Source: Methanofastidiosum sp. (GTDB lineage: Archaea; Methanobacteriota_B; Thermococci; Methanofastidiosales; Methanofastidiosaceae). Taken from it: DNA of 64,000 bases. Positions 21,639 through 31,089 of the stretch are shown piece after piece. The notes under the pieces were generated by a model, which saw only the letters and a program-made list of their open reading frames with translations, made no database searches and had not been told where the DNA came from. The stretch spans positions 1,295,961-1,359,960 of the forward strand of contig JAXGZJ010000001.1 in NCBI GenBank assembly GCA_040771805.1, read 5' to 3'. The number at the start of each line of letters is the position of its first letter. Positions within the stretch are counted from its first letter, which is position 1. A program made the position numbers and the translations under genes.

Positions 21639-21792
21639 GAGATGAAAGTAGATGACCTATTTATTAATTTATTCATTTTTTATAAAAATAAAGTATACTT
21701 CTCCTTTATTTTTATGTTCTTATTCTATCAAAACTAAATTTTTTTATGTCGCAATCAAAAATTAATAATTAAAAAGAAAAAAAATAATTATT

Positions 21793-23115
21793 TTAGAATA
21801 GGCCAAATCCACCCAATATTATTATGAATATAGCTACAGGTGCCACCACCCTACATATCCATAACCAAATGGTCTGAAATGCAAAAGGGCCATGTGAGGT
21901 AGTTTCTTTCTTGGCAATATCTGGTATTATCCAGCCGACAAATAGAGATATTAATAACCCCCCTACTGTCAACAGGATATTGTTAGAAATGAAATCTAGT
22001 AGGTCTAAGAAACTCATCCCTAATACGTTTAAAGAAACTGCGCCTTGTGACAATGCCGAAGGTATACCTAAGAGAAAGATAACTCCACCTATACTTAAAG
22101 CAGCCTTATGTCTTGGCCACTTAAGATTATCTATGGCATATGCTACGACAACTTCTAGTAAGGAAATTGCAGATGTGAGTGCTGCTACACATAATAGTAG
22201 GAAAAACAATGCAGACCATATTTGGCCTCCAGGCATTAATGCGAATACTTTTGGTAGTGTAATGAAAGTAAGTCCTGGTCCTGCACCTGGTTCTGCTCCA
22301 AATGCAAATACTGTTGGAAAAATTACAAATCCAGCAAGAAATGCCGCGGAAGTATCTAGTAATGTAATAATTGCAGCAGCTTTTGGTAAAGAATCCTTCT
22401 TTGATTTAATATAGCTTCCATATGTTATCATGCACCCCATACCCAACGATAGTGAGAAAAATGCTTGTCCAAGTGCAGCAAGGATGGTTTTCCCCGTAAT
22501 CTTAGAAAAGTCTGGATTAAGATAGAAGTCTATACCTGCAAACGCACCGGGTAACGTAACTGCTCTAATAATCAATATTACTAAGATTGCAAATAATGCT
22601 GGCATCAATATTTTGCAAGTGTCTTCAATTCCTTTTCCAACACCCCTATACACAACAAATATTGTAATGGCCATAAAAATAGCAAGATACAATACAGTTT
22701 GGGGTCCATTTGCTATGAAGTTAAGAAAATACTCTGTCGAATCAGTACTTGTAGAAATCATACCCGTAAATGAACTGATTATATATTTTATTGTCCACCC
22801 TCCAATTACAGAGTAAAACGATAGGATGACAAATCCCGCTATTACCCCCATCCATCCAGCTATCTGCCAAGGTCCCCCTTTAAGTTTTTGGAATGCACCA
22901 ACAGCATTCAGATTTGTATGCCTGCCTATTGCAAATTCAGCCAACATAACTGAAAAACCAATAGTTAACACAAGTAATAGATATATGAAGACGAATGCAG
23001 CTCCACCATTTGCACCAGCTAAATACGGAAAACGCCATATATTACCAAGTCCAATAGCGGATCCCGCAGCAGCTAGCCAGAAGCCTAGTTTACCGCCCCA
23101 AGATTCTCTTTCCAC
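21793..23115 (-). CDS. Sodium-dependent transporter, SNF (neurotransmitter:sodium symporter) family
   Basis: The NSS hallmark ...GLGNIWRFPYLAGANGGAAF... is present. Confidence 0.85.
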   Translation of the reverse strand: MERESWGGKLGFWLAAAGSAIGLGNIWRFPYLAGANGGAAFVFIYLLLVLTIGFSVMLAEFAIGRHTNLNAVGAFQKLKGGPWQIAGWMGVIAGFVILSFYSVIGGWTIKYIISSFTGMISTSTDSTEYFLNFIANGPQTVLYLAIFMAITIFVVYRGVGKGIEDTCKILMPALFAILVILIIRAVTLPGAFAGIDFYLNPDFSKITGKTILAALGQAFFSLSLGMGCMITYGSYIKSKKDSLPKAAAIITLLDTSAAFLAGFVIFPTVFAFGAEPGAGPGLTFITLPKVFALMPGGQIWSALFFLLLCVAALTSAISLLEVVVAYAIDNLKWPRHKAALSIGGVIFLLGIPSALSQGAVSLNVLGMSFLDLLDFISNNILLTVGGLLISLFVGWIIPDIAKKETTSHGPFAFQTIWLWICRVVAPVAIFIIILGGFGLF

Positions 23116-23556
23116 TTTAAAACCTCCTTTTATCTATAATTATTGTCTTGCTAAACTAAAAAAATTAGTTTAACATGACATTGTCTAAATTTTTGTTAAC
23201 TAATATATAAGTTTTACCAATTAAGTTGCTTCATTACATAATATCCTAAAATGAATTTTAATGATTAGATTGTTTATAAATTCTATAATCTCATTTCAAG
23301 AAATTGCAAAATTAAAAAGAGAAATGTTTTAAATATTAAAAGGAAGAAATAATAAAGTGCACAATTTATAGCGGTTATAATCAGCTTATGATTCTAAACT
23401 AGAAAAATAAGGATAGCAATAGATAGTATATTCTGGTATTAATTTTTAATAAGACGAATATATCAAAACCTTTAAAAACTCTTTAGAAATCATTTCATTA
23501 GCTTATGGAATGTGGATTCAAGCGAAACGCTTGCCGAACCATAAGGAGGGATTTAT

Positions 23557-24141
23557 TTGGGTTATTACAAATATATGGAAGAAGCTTGGAAAAAACCAAA
23601 AGAAGGTTATACGCGAGAGCTTTGGACAGAACGATTAATGCAGTGGAGAAAAGAACCTACAATATTAAAGATTGAGAGACCTACAAGAATCGACAGAGCA
23701 AGAAAACTTGGATACAAAGCAAAAAAAGGATTTATTATTGCTAGAACAAAAGTCGCTAGAGGCGGCAGGAAGAGACCCGCTATAAAAGGTGGAAGGAGAC
23801 CTGCAACTAAAGGTATTTTGAGATATTCACCTAAAAAAAGCCTTAAATGGATTGCTGAAGAGCGTGTCCAAAGAAAATTCCCAAATCTCGAAGTATTAAA
23901 TTCATACTGGGTAGGGGAAGATGGACAGAGAGTATTTTATGAAGTCATCTTAGTTGATCCATTTGCACCAGAGATATTTGCAGATCCAAGGATTAACTGG
24001 ATATGTGAAAGACAGCATAAGAGAAGAGTTTTCAGGGGTTTGACGTCTGCAGGAAAACGATCTAGGGGACTTAGAAATAAAGGAAAAGGTGCCGAGAAGT
24101 TAAGACCTTCACTTAAAGCCCGAGGAAACAGAGGTAAGTAA
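23557..24141 (+). CDS. rpl15e: 50S ribosomal protein L15e
   Basis: The L15e N-terminus [11 protein letters not shown] and the basic body match. TTG start has SD AGGAGGG 7 nt upstream. Confidence 0.9.
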   Translation: MGYYKYMEEAWKKPKEGYTRELWTERLMQWRKEPTILKIERPTRIDRARKLGYKAKKGFIIARTKVARGGRKRPAIKGGRRPATKGILRYSPKKSLKWIAEERVQRKFPNLEVLNSYWVGEDGQRVFYEVILVDPFAPEIFADPRINWICERQHKRRVFRGLTSAGKRSRGLRNKGKGAEKLRPSLKARGNRGK

Positions 24142-24143
24142 GG

Positions 24144-24572
24144 TTGAATCCGTTTGGTATCGCATGGGTACAATTAGAAACTTTTTCACATGCAACTGAA
24201 GACATTGAGAAGGTAAAATTTTTACTTTCTAAATTTTTTTCTTTTGATATTATTTTTATGGAAAATAAGACATATGGACACTTTGGCAATGAAATTATTA
24301 TGGTCAAAGTTGAACTTACAAAAAATAAGGAGATTAAATATTTTATATCTAATTTTTTATCAATTGTAAACAAAGACTATATACTTGAAACAATAGAAAA
24401 GCGAGTAGATGAAGAAGGAGTATTATTTATCAGGATGAACAAAGAACGAGTGTATGAAGATGACTTTACCATTGATGATAATGGGGATATATTACTCTCT
24501 ATGAAGTTTGTCACATATCCAAAAAGTAGAGAAAGGGTTATTGAAAATGGAAAGTTTTTATTCCGCAATTGA
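24144..24572 (+). CDS. Conserved hypothetical protein (exosome-superoperon neighbourhood)
   Basis: 142 aa, tightly packed between rpl15e and rpp30. No motif recognised. Confidence 0.45.
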   Translation: MNPFGIAWVQLETFSHATEDIEKVKFLLSKFFSFDIIFMENKTYGHFGNEIIMVKVELTKNKEIKYFISNFLSIVNKDYILETIEKRVDEEGVLFIRMNKERVYEDDFTIDDNGDILLSMKFVTYPKSRERVIENGKFLFRN

Positions 24573-25167
24573 TCTTAGAGGTTATCCTTCTCAGTATTTC
24601 GCTAAAACGGCAATAGTTAAAGAAGTTAACATAGAAAACTATAGGGATGTTATTGATAGCTTTGTAGATAATAAGCATAAGAATTCTCTTTTTGGAATAG
24701 AAATTAATGATGAATCTAAAAATGTTAAGAAAATTGTAAGAAAAGCAGATAGCATGGACGTAATATTTTTTAAGAGTAGGGATTCAAAGGAAAATCGCGA
24801 AGCTCTTAAAAATAAAGAATTGACTTTAGTTTCAAATCCAGATAATCTCGATAGTGTGTGTTTCAATCTAGCCAAGGAAAACTCTATTGGTTTTGAATTA
24901 AATCTCCAAGAATTTATTAATAATCAAAGATACAGGCGAGTAAAAGTTTTAGAAACTTATAGAGAATTATTGAAGGCATACAAAAAATACTCATTTCCAA
25001 TAGTATTGACCTCAGGCGCCAAGGATATTTATGAAAAAAAGACTCCTTTGACCCTTATTTCCTTTGGATGTATTCTTGGAATGGATATAAGAGAATCCAA
25101 AGCTTCAATAACTACAGTACCTGAAATGTTAATTTACAAAAATCAAAAATCTTTTGCAAGAAGATAA
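24547..25167 (+). CDS. rnp3: RNase P protein component 3 (Rpp30/Rnp3, PHP-like TIM barrel)
   Basis: Conserved position downstream of rpl15e in archaeal genomes. An internal ATG (MESFYSAIDLRG...) gives a ~207-aa product typical of Rpp30. Confidence 0.55.
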   Translation: MESFYSAIDLRGYPSQYFAKTAIVKEVNIENYRDVIDSFVDNKHKNSLFGIEINDESKNVKKIVRKADSMDVIFFKSRDSKENREALKNKELTLVSNPDNLDSVCFNLAKENSIGFELNLQEFINNQRYRRVKVLETYRELLKAYKKYSFPIVLTSGAKDIYEKKTPLTLISFGCILGMDIRESKASITTVPEMLIYKNQKSFARR

Positions 25168-25295
25168 ATTAGCGCCCCATATCTAAATATAATTTTCAAT
25201 AGAATGTCCAGTAATATCTCATTTTTGGTCACTTCTTTTGTAAAAAAATGAAAAAAATGTTATCTATTAAAATATCTAAAAAATAACATATGATA

Positions 25296-25664
25296 TTATT
25301 TTTTCTTTTTAAAAGCATCTGATAACATATCTTTAAGACTCTTTTTAGGTGCAGTTGTTTTTACAGTTGTTTGAGTGGCTTTTTGATCAACTTTAATTGC
25401 TTCTTGCTCTCGCTTAACCATTATTTCTTCTCCTTTACCCGCTTTGTAGACCACTTTGCCTTTTTCAACTACGTCAACATTCCACTGCGTATTCTTTGAT
25501 ACTTCCTTTTGAGCCATGTTTTCGGCCACACCTCTTATTTTAGAGTCTGACCAATCTGGGTGCTGCTCTTTTAACTCTATAATATATTTTTCTGTAAATT
25601 GTTTTCTTAAATCCATTATCATTTTATTTCTTTCAGCCATTGTTATAGTTGGTCTATCTCCCAT
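25296..25664 (-). CDS. Hypothetical protein with Lys-rich C-terminal tail
   Basis: 122-aa ORF with no recognisable domain. Confidence 0.4.
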   Translation of the reverse strand: MGDRPTITMAERNKMIMDLRKQFTEKYIIELKEQHPDWSDSKIRGVAENMAQKEVSKNTQWNVDVVEKGKVVYKAGKGEEIMVKREQEAIKVDQKATQTTVKTTAPKKSLKDMLSDAFKKKK

Positions 25665-25756
25665 TATAATCCCTCCTTACTTCTAATTTATATTATTTTC
25701 ATGAGAATACGACTATTAAAAGATATTGGTTAATTTTACCAAATAGATTGTTTCTC

Positions 25757-26479
25757 CTAAAACAATCCTTTTCTATGTCTGTGCCTATGCTTACCTTGAC
25801 TATTAGCTTTTCTTACATATATGTCCTTTGCAATACTTTTTTCTAATGCAATTTGAGTTTCATCTATCTGGACTATGAAAGTAGGAAAGGTTTGCAGTAT
25901 CCTTATTTTAGACCCTGGGCTTAAACCCAAGGTGGATAGTCTTTGTAATCTAGGATAACTTTTTGTAACTATATATATGATGTTGCCTTCCTCTCCTGAA
26001 CCCATATCACTAAGAGACTCTATTACAGGCTCTAAGATTTTTGATACATTTTTGCAGCAATTACCAGAGGGAATCTCAAATCCATGTGGGCAAATACTAG
26101 GATGGCCCAAAAGAGTACATATTGAGTCTTCAAGTCCTTCAGTTATAGTATGTTCAAGTTTACACGCTGGCTCTTCTATCTCATCAATTGTCATCTGTAA
26201 TATATCTTTTAGGAGTCTTTCAGTTAATCTATGCTTTCTTATTATTTTTCTTCCGATTTCTTCCCCTTTCTTTTTAAATTTGATTTTATTTTTCTCTATC
26301 TCAATATAATTTTCCTTTTTTAGATTATCTAGGACTTCTTCAGGAGACATTCCCTCAGCTATTTCAGAAAAATTGCATCTTACATATATACCTTTGACAA
26401 AATTTTCAATCGTTTCATCATTTTGCTCTCTCATAGTCCATATATGTTCAAGTGATTCTTCAATAATCTCTTTTTGCAT
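25757..26479 (-). CDS. DtxR-family metal-dependent regulator with C-terminal FeoA/SH3-like domain
   Basis: Contains the RKHRLTERLL helix, metal-site residues (C..H....E/C.H) and the FeoA-like GSKIRIL...V. The tail ends ...HRHRHRKGLF. It lies 13 bp downstream of feoB. Confidence 0.8.
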   Translation of the reverse strand: MQKEIIEESLEHIWTMREQNDETIENFVKGIYVRCNFSEIAEGMSPEEVLDNLKKENYIEIEKNKIKFKKKGEEIGRKIIRKHRLTERLLKDILQMTIDEIEEPACKLEHTITEGLEDSICTLLGHPSICPHGFEIPSGNCCKNVSKILEPVIESLSDMGSGEEGNIIYIVTKSYPRLQRLSTLGLSPGSKIRILQTFPTFIVQIDETQIALEKSIAKDIYVRKANSQGKHRHRHRKGLF

Positions 26480-26491
26480 ACGATCCCTCTT

Positions 26492-28402
26492 TCAAAATAA
26501 TATCCCAAAATATTTTAGAAATATATTTGTTATTCCTCCAATCATAACAGCATACACTAATACAAAAATGAATATCATCGCCGCTATTTTTGGCCCCCTC
26601 TCTTTTATTATTACAAAAAGATTTGCAATACATGGAACAAAGAGAGTTATGACTATTAGACTAACAACTGTCTGTAAGTTGTTCATCAGTCCAATATCTT
26701 GTAATTGAAATAATCCTGCGGCACCATAATCTCTTCTAAAGAATCCCATTAAAAATGCTCTAGCTGCTTCTTTTGGTAGTTCTAAAAAATCTACAACAAT
26801 TGGAGAGAATAGTTTCTCTATTATAACAAGTATATTAAACTCATTCAAGAAAAACAAGAATAAAGTTCCAAGTATAAAAATCGGTATTACTTCTTTTGCA
26901 TACCACTCTAATCTCATTAAGGTCTTATACAAAATATTTGAGAGTTTAGGTACTCTTAGAGGAGGTAATTCCATTATAAAATCTGAGGATTGGCCCTTAA
27001 TTATTTTAGATGATAGCGCACCTATAAGAACTAGTTGAAGTAAAACTACTAAAAAAATGAAAAGTAGTGCATAAAATGAAAGTGATGAAGCCATAGCGAA
27101 AATAACTGCTATTTGGGCAGAACAAGGCACTCCCAATGCCAATAATAGCGTTGCAATGAGTCTTTCTTTTTTTGAATCTAAAGTTCTTACTGTGATTGTA
27201 GCCATTGTAACACAACCACAACCCAATATCAAAGGTAAAATAGCCTTTCCATTTAATCCTAAAAATTTGAGTGGTTTGTTTCCCATTACTGCAAGTCGTG
27301 GAAAATAACCAGAGTCCTCAAGAAGGCCAAATGCTATGAAAAATGTTAGTACAATTGGAAAAATAATTGCAATTGCATATGTTAAGGCCATTGTAATTAC
27401 TCCAAATTCTCCTACAAACATTCTAGAAATAAAATCATTAATAATATATTTTTCAAAAAGAATTTTCATTGAAGGATTAATTATCCTACCAAAAAGATTT
27501 TCTTCTAAGAATTCTACCATTATTTGTGCCCCAAGAAAACCAACAAATTCATAGAGTAGTAATACTATGCTTAAAAATATAGGTATTCCTGTAATAGGGC
27601 TTAATGTCAAATTACTTAGTTTTTCTGATAAATGTGTCTTTAAAACTTTTTCTTCCTCTTTTACTTTTCTCAAAATATGCAAAACTTCTTCTCTTCTTTT
27701 TTCACGGATATAATAAAAAAGAGGTACAGATATCGATTTTTTTGCATGTTCAATTATTTCTTTTGCCTCACTAATCTTTGTTTGATCTTTCAGATTTTTT
27801 TCGGCAAATGATTCATCAGATAATGCCATTATTGCTTTTCCCTTATTTCCAAATATTTTTGATAATTTTTCAATGGAATCATTTAACTTTCCATAATTCA
27901 CTTTAACATGTGCTTTTGAAGAGTTCAGGATAGTTTTCTTCATTTTGTCGATACCCTTTCCTTCTACCGCCACAGTTTCAACTACTGGAACACCAAGTAT
28001 TTTTGACAATCTATCTATGTCAATAAAGACACCTTTTCTTCTTGCTTCGTCAGCCATATTTAATACAAGAGTAAAAGGTAATTCTAATTCAGAAAGTTCG
28101 GAGGATATCATCAGGGCCCTCTGGAGATTTTTTTCGTCTGCAACTTGGACCACAAAATCTATATCCCCTGAAATAAGGACATTCCTAGTAACTTCTTCGT
28201 CTTCAGACATTGGAATAAGGCTATTTGAGCCGGGTGTATCAATTATGTCAACTTTTTTTAGTCCAAGTAGTCCTTTACCCTTAGATAATTCAACTGTTGT
28301 TCCGGGATAATTGGATACTGTTACATATTTGCCAGTTAGATGTGAAAAAATTACACTTTTGCCAACATTTGGGCTTCCTACTAATGCTATTATAGTATTC
28401 AT
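26492..28402 (-). CDS. feoB: Ferrous iron transporter FeoB
   Basis: N-terminal G-domain (GSPNVGKS, DTPG) followed by a polytopic membrane domain, 636 aa in total. Confidence 0.9.
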   Translation of the reverse strand: MNTIIALVGSPNVGKSVIFSHLTGKYVTVSNYPGTTVELSKGKGLLGLKKVDIIDTPGSNSLIPMSEDEEVTRNVLISGDIDFVVQVADEKNLQRALMISSELSELELPFTLVLNMADEARRKGVFIDIDRLSKILGVPVVETVAVEGKGIDKMKKTILNSSKAHVKVNYGKLNDSIEKLSKIFGNKGKAIMALSDESFAEKNLKDQTKISEAKEIIEHAKKSISVPLFYYIREKRREEVLHILRKVKEEEKVLKTHLSEKLSNLTLSPITGIPIFLSIVLLLYEFVGFLGAQIMVEFLEENLFGRIINPSMKILFEKYIINDFISRMFVGEFGVITMALTYAIAIIFPIVLTFFIAFGLLEDSGYFPRLAVMGNKPLKFLGLNGKAILPLILGCGCVTMATITVRTLDSKKERLIATLLLALGVPCSAQIAVIFAMASSLSFYALLFIFLVVLLQLVLIGALSSKIIKGQSSDFIMELPPLRVPKLSNILYKTLMRLEWYAKEVIPIFILGTLFLFFLNEFNILVIIEKLFSPIVVDFLELPKEAARAFLMGFFRRDYGAAGLFQLQDIGLMNNLQTVVSLIVITLFVPCIANLFVIIKERGPKIAAMIFIFVLVYAVMIGGITNIFLKYFGILF

Positions 28403-28842
28403 CTGTTACTCCTCTTACAAACGTCACAATTGTTATCAGGATTACATTTTGGTATTTCTTTGCCACAGGGGCATATGGAGGGCCCCCCCATCATTTTGCA
28501 TAAAGCATCAGTGACTTCGTTAGAGATACAATGCTCCATCCTACATGCTTCATCATGAATTTTCTCTGGAGCAATATATAAATATTCGGAAAGAAATACT
28601 TCGGCTATCCTATGTTTTCGTTTAATTTTGTTAGCTATACTAAGTCCTTTTTTTGTTAATGTAGCTCCTTTGTAAGGTTTGTAAAAAATCAGGTTGTTTT
28701 TATTTAGTCTCTGGATCATCTCAGTTACACTTGATGGTGAAACTCCCAAATGCTGAGCAAGATCTGTTGTCCTAGCTAAATTCTTTTCTAAAACTAAGTC
28801 TAATATAGCTTCCAAATACTCTTCAACGTCCTGTTTTGGCAT
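28399..28842 (-). CDS. DtxR-family metal-dependent regulator (no SH3 domain; Cys-rich C-terminus)
   Basis: DtxR HTH (EEYLEAILDL...) with RKHRIAEVFL. The C-terminal tail is ICPCGKEIPKCNPDNNCDVCK. Start placed at internal ATG (MPKQD...). It overlaps feoB by 4 nt. Confidence 0.7.
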   Translation of the reverse strand: MPKQDVEEYLEAILDLVLEKNLARTTDLAQHLGVSPSSVTEMIQRLNKNNLIFYKPYKGATLTKKGLSIANKIKRKHRIAEVFLSEYLYIAPEKIHDEACRMEHCISNEVTDALCKMMGGPSICPCGKEIPKCNPDNNCDVCKRSNR

Positions 28843-28911
28843 TAAATCAATAATTAGTTTCGGTTGACCTAATTTATAAGTTTTTTGGTGTATTAAAATA
28901 AGAAAACACAA

Positions 28912-29565
28912 TCATTTGTCAAATAAATTACTATACATAACATCTGGCGGAAGTATATTTTTCAAGAAAAAATATGTTTTATTTTTTGGTTTAATGGTAA
29001 GTACCCGCATTATATCTTCTTCTGTGTCTAAATCATAATATAAAGACTCAGAATAATGTATTTGAACGGGTATTTTTTTCTTCATAAATTCAGAAAAATG
29101 TTTCTGAAAACTTTTTTCTCCAAAATTTAATTTAAATTTTTTATCGAGGGGCAATAGTATTGCTGAAGTCCCATCTCTATTTGAAGGAGAAATGACTCCG
29201 CCCGGAGTTTTGGACAAACGGATAAGATCTTTAATATCTTTCTCATTGATGAAAGGAAGATCTATTGGTAATATCAATACTTTTTTTTCTTTTTCTTTTA
29301 GGATGTTTATCCCTTTTTCTAAAGCCTTGTTTAAATCTTCTTCATCTTCGAAGATTATTTCAATCCCAAGATTTTGAGGAATTAATGTCATGTTTTCTTT
29401 TTTTGTAAGCAAATAAATTTCAATTTCTGGAAATTTTTTAAGCAGCGAGATCATATCCTCTATTAGTGCAATTACTAAGCATGTTTTATTTTCCCCTAAA
29501 ATACTGCCTAGCCTAGATTTAGAAACATTAACATACTTTAAAGGAAGAATTACGGGCAGGGTCAT
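28912..29565 (-). CDS. cofC: 2-phospho-L-lactate (or PEP) guanylyltransferase CofC/FbiD
   Basis: MobA-like nucleotidyltransferase with the CofC N-terminal pattern ILPLK....KSRL. It overlaps cofD by 4 nt. Confidence 0.7.
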   Translation of the reverse strand: MTLPVILPLKYVNVSKSRLGSILGENKTCLVIALIEDMISLLKKFPEIEIYLLTKKENMTLIPQNLGIEIIFEDEEDLNKALEKGINILKEKEKKVLILPIDLPFINEKDIKDLIRLSKTPGGVISPSNRDGTSAILLPLDKKFKLNFGEKSFQKHFSEFMKKKIPVQIHYSESLYYDLDTEEDIMRVLTIKPKNKTYFFLKNILPPDVMYSNLFDK

Positions 29566-30488
29566 TCAATCATCTTGTTGAGGACAAATTTAGATAGCCT
29601 TGTTCTATCATTTCTTGTATTCATTAGTGTATTTGTCATTAATACTTCTATGTCAAGCTCTCTTTTTATTCGCTCTGCTATATTCGATTCAATCTTGTCA
29701 ACTATAAATATGTCTAATAAGTCTTCATAGTATTTTGCCACGCCAAAAGAATTAACCTCGTAGTTTAAAGATTTCATCATTGTGGCAAGAGGTCCCTTAA
29801 CAGCTCTCCCTTGGATAAGGGGAGAAATTCCGATAACTTTTTTTTTTCTTATACGTTTCTTTATACTTTTAAGGGAAAGTATTGTGCCTATACTCACAAG
29901 AGGATTGGAAGGTGGTATTATCACCCAATCAGAATCCTTAAGAGTATTCAGAAAATTTTCAGAGGGGCTTGCATTTTTTTTGCCTTTATATATAATTTTT
30001 TTAATATCGCCTTCAAGTTTTTTTATATAATATTCTTCAAAATGAACTGTGCAACTCTCCATTTGAATATGTGTTTGAAAGAAATCATCTGTCATTGGTA
30101 ATATAGGGATGTTGATCCCAAATTTTTTACATAGCTCAGATGTAACTTCTGTTAAAGATTTTCCAGTTTTTAAAAGCTCCGTTCGCTTTATGTGAACTGC
30201 TAAATCTTTGTCCCCTAGTTTTATCCAATCTTCATGTCCCAACAATTTCAGGTAATTCTGACATACGAAAGAATCTTTATTTATGCCCCATCCTTTTTTA
30301 ATATCAAGCTCTCCAGAGAGAGTATACATAAGTGTATCGACATCAGGAGATAAATGTAGTCCATAAATCTCAATATCGTCACCAGTATTCGCAATAACTG
30401 AAAAGTTCTGAGTCAGCCTAGAAAGACCGTCTACAAATTTAGCACCTCCCCCTCCTCCAGAAAGAACAGTTATCAGTTTACCACCCAT
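29562..30488 (-). CDS. cofD: 2-phospho-L-lactate transferase CofD (F420 biosynthesis)
   Basis: The N-terminus ITVLSGGGGGAKFVDGL is the CofD/UPF0052 hallmark. Confidence 0.85.
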   Translation of the reverse strand: MGGKLITVLSGGGGGAKFVDGLSRLTQNFSVIANTGDDIEIYGLHLSPDVDTLMYTLSGELDIKKGWGINKDSFVCQNYLKLLGHEDWIKLGDKDLAVHIKRTELLKTGKSLTEVTSELCKKFGINIPILPMTDDFFQTHIQMESCTVHFEEYYIKKLEGDIKKIIYKGKKNASPSENFLNTLKDSDWVIIPPSNPLVSIGTILSLKSIKKRIRKKKVIGISPLIQGRAVKGPLATMMKSLNYEVNSFGVAKYYEDLLDIFIVDKIESNIAERIKRELDIEVLMTNTLMNTRNDRTRLSKFVLNKMIE

Positions 30489-31077
30489 TAAGATGAATTA
30501 CGTCATTTAAATCTCTTCTTTTTGGCTTTATTGGATCTTCATCTGGTATTCCAATTAATAGAATCTCCTGCGGTAAAATATGATTGGGTATTCTAAGGAC
30601 ATCTCTTATATCTTCTGGGCAAAAAAGAGGCGCACAAAGCCATAATACTCCAAATCCTTTTTCAGTTGCCTTAAGTAAAATATTTCCTGAAGCTAATGCA
30701 ACACTCTGTACTCCCATAATAAATTCTGCATTATCCCTCTCATCCCCATATTTTTCAACTTTTGAGGTATCAAAACAAGGGATAATTATGAATGGAGCAT
30801 TATTTATTCTCTCTTTTGATAAGTTAATCTTTTCCTCAATTTCATATTGGGATTTTCCATCTTTTTTTAGATTATTTACCCAGGTTGAAGCCATTTTGGA
30901 AGATAGTTTTTCTTTTATTTCATCTGAATCTATTAAAACAAATTCCCATGGTTGTAAATTATGGGCTGACGGAGCTTGAATTGCTGCTTTAATTAAAGAT
31001 GTCACATATTCCCTTTCAATTGGGATATTTTTAAATTTTCTTACTGTTTTTCTTCTTGTTATTAGATCAAAATCCAT
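30478..31077 (-). CDS. Nitroreductase-family protein in F420 cluster (FbiB C-domain-like candidate)
   Basis: Nitroreductase pattern ..RKTVRKF... PSAHNLQPWEFVLI... It overlaps cofD by 11 nt. Confidence 0.7.
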   Translation of the reverse strand: MDFDLITRRKTVRKFKNIPIEREYVTSLIKAAIQAPSAHNLQPWEFVLIDSDEIKEKLSSKMASTWVNNLKKDGKSQYEIEEKINLSKERINNAPFIIIPCFDTSKVEKYGDERDNAEFIMGVQSVALASGNILLKATEKGFGVLWLCAPLFCPEDIRDVLRIPNHILPQEILLIGIPDEDPIKPKRRDLNDVIHLNGW

Positions 31078-31089
31078 ATTCTCCTCTTT

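Noticed and set aside
30478-31077. Calling this ORF CofE (F420-0:gamma-glutamyl ligase)
   Set aside because: The sequence has the nitroreductase signature (SAHNLQPWEF) and is ~200 aa. CofE is ~250 aa with a different fold.
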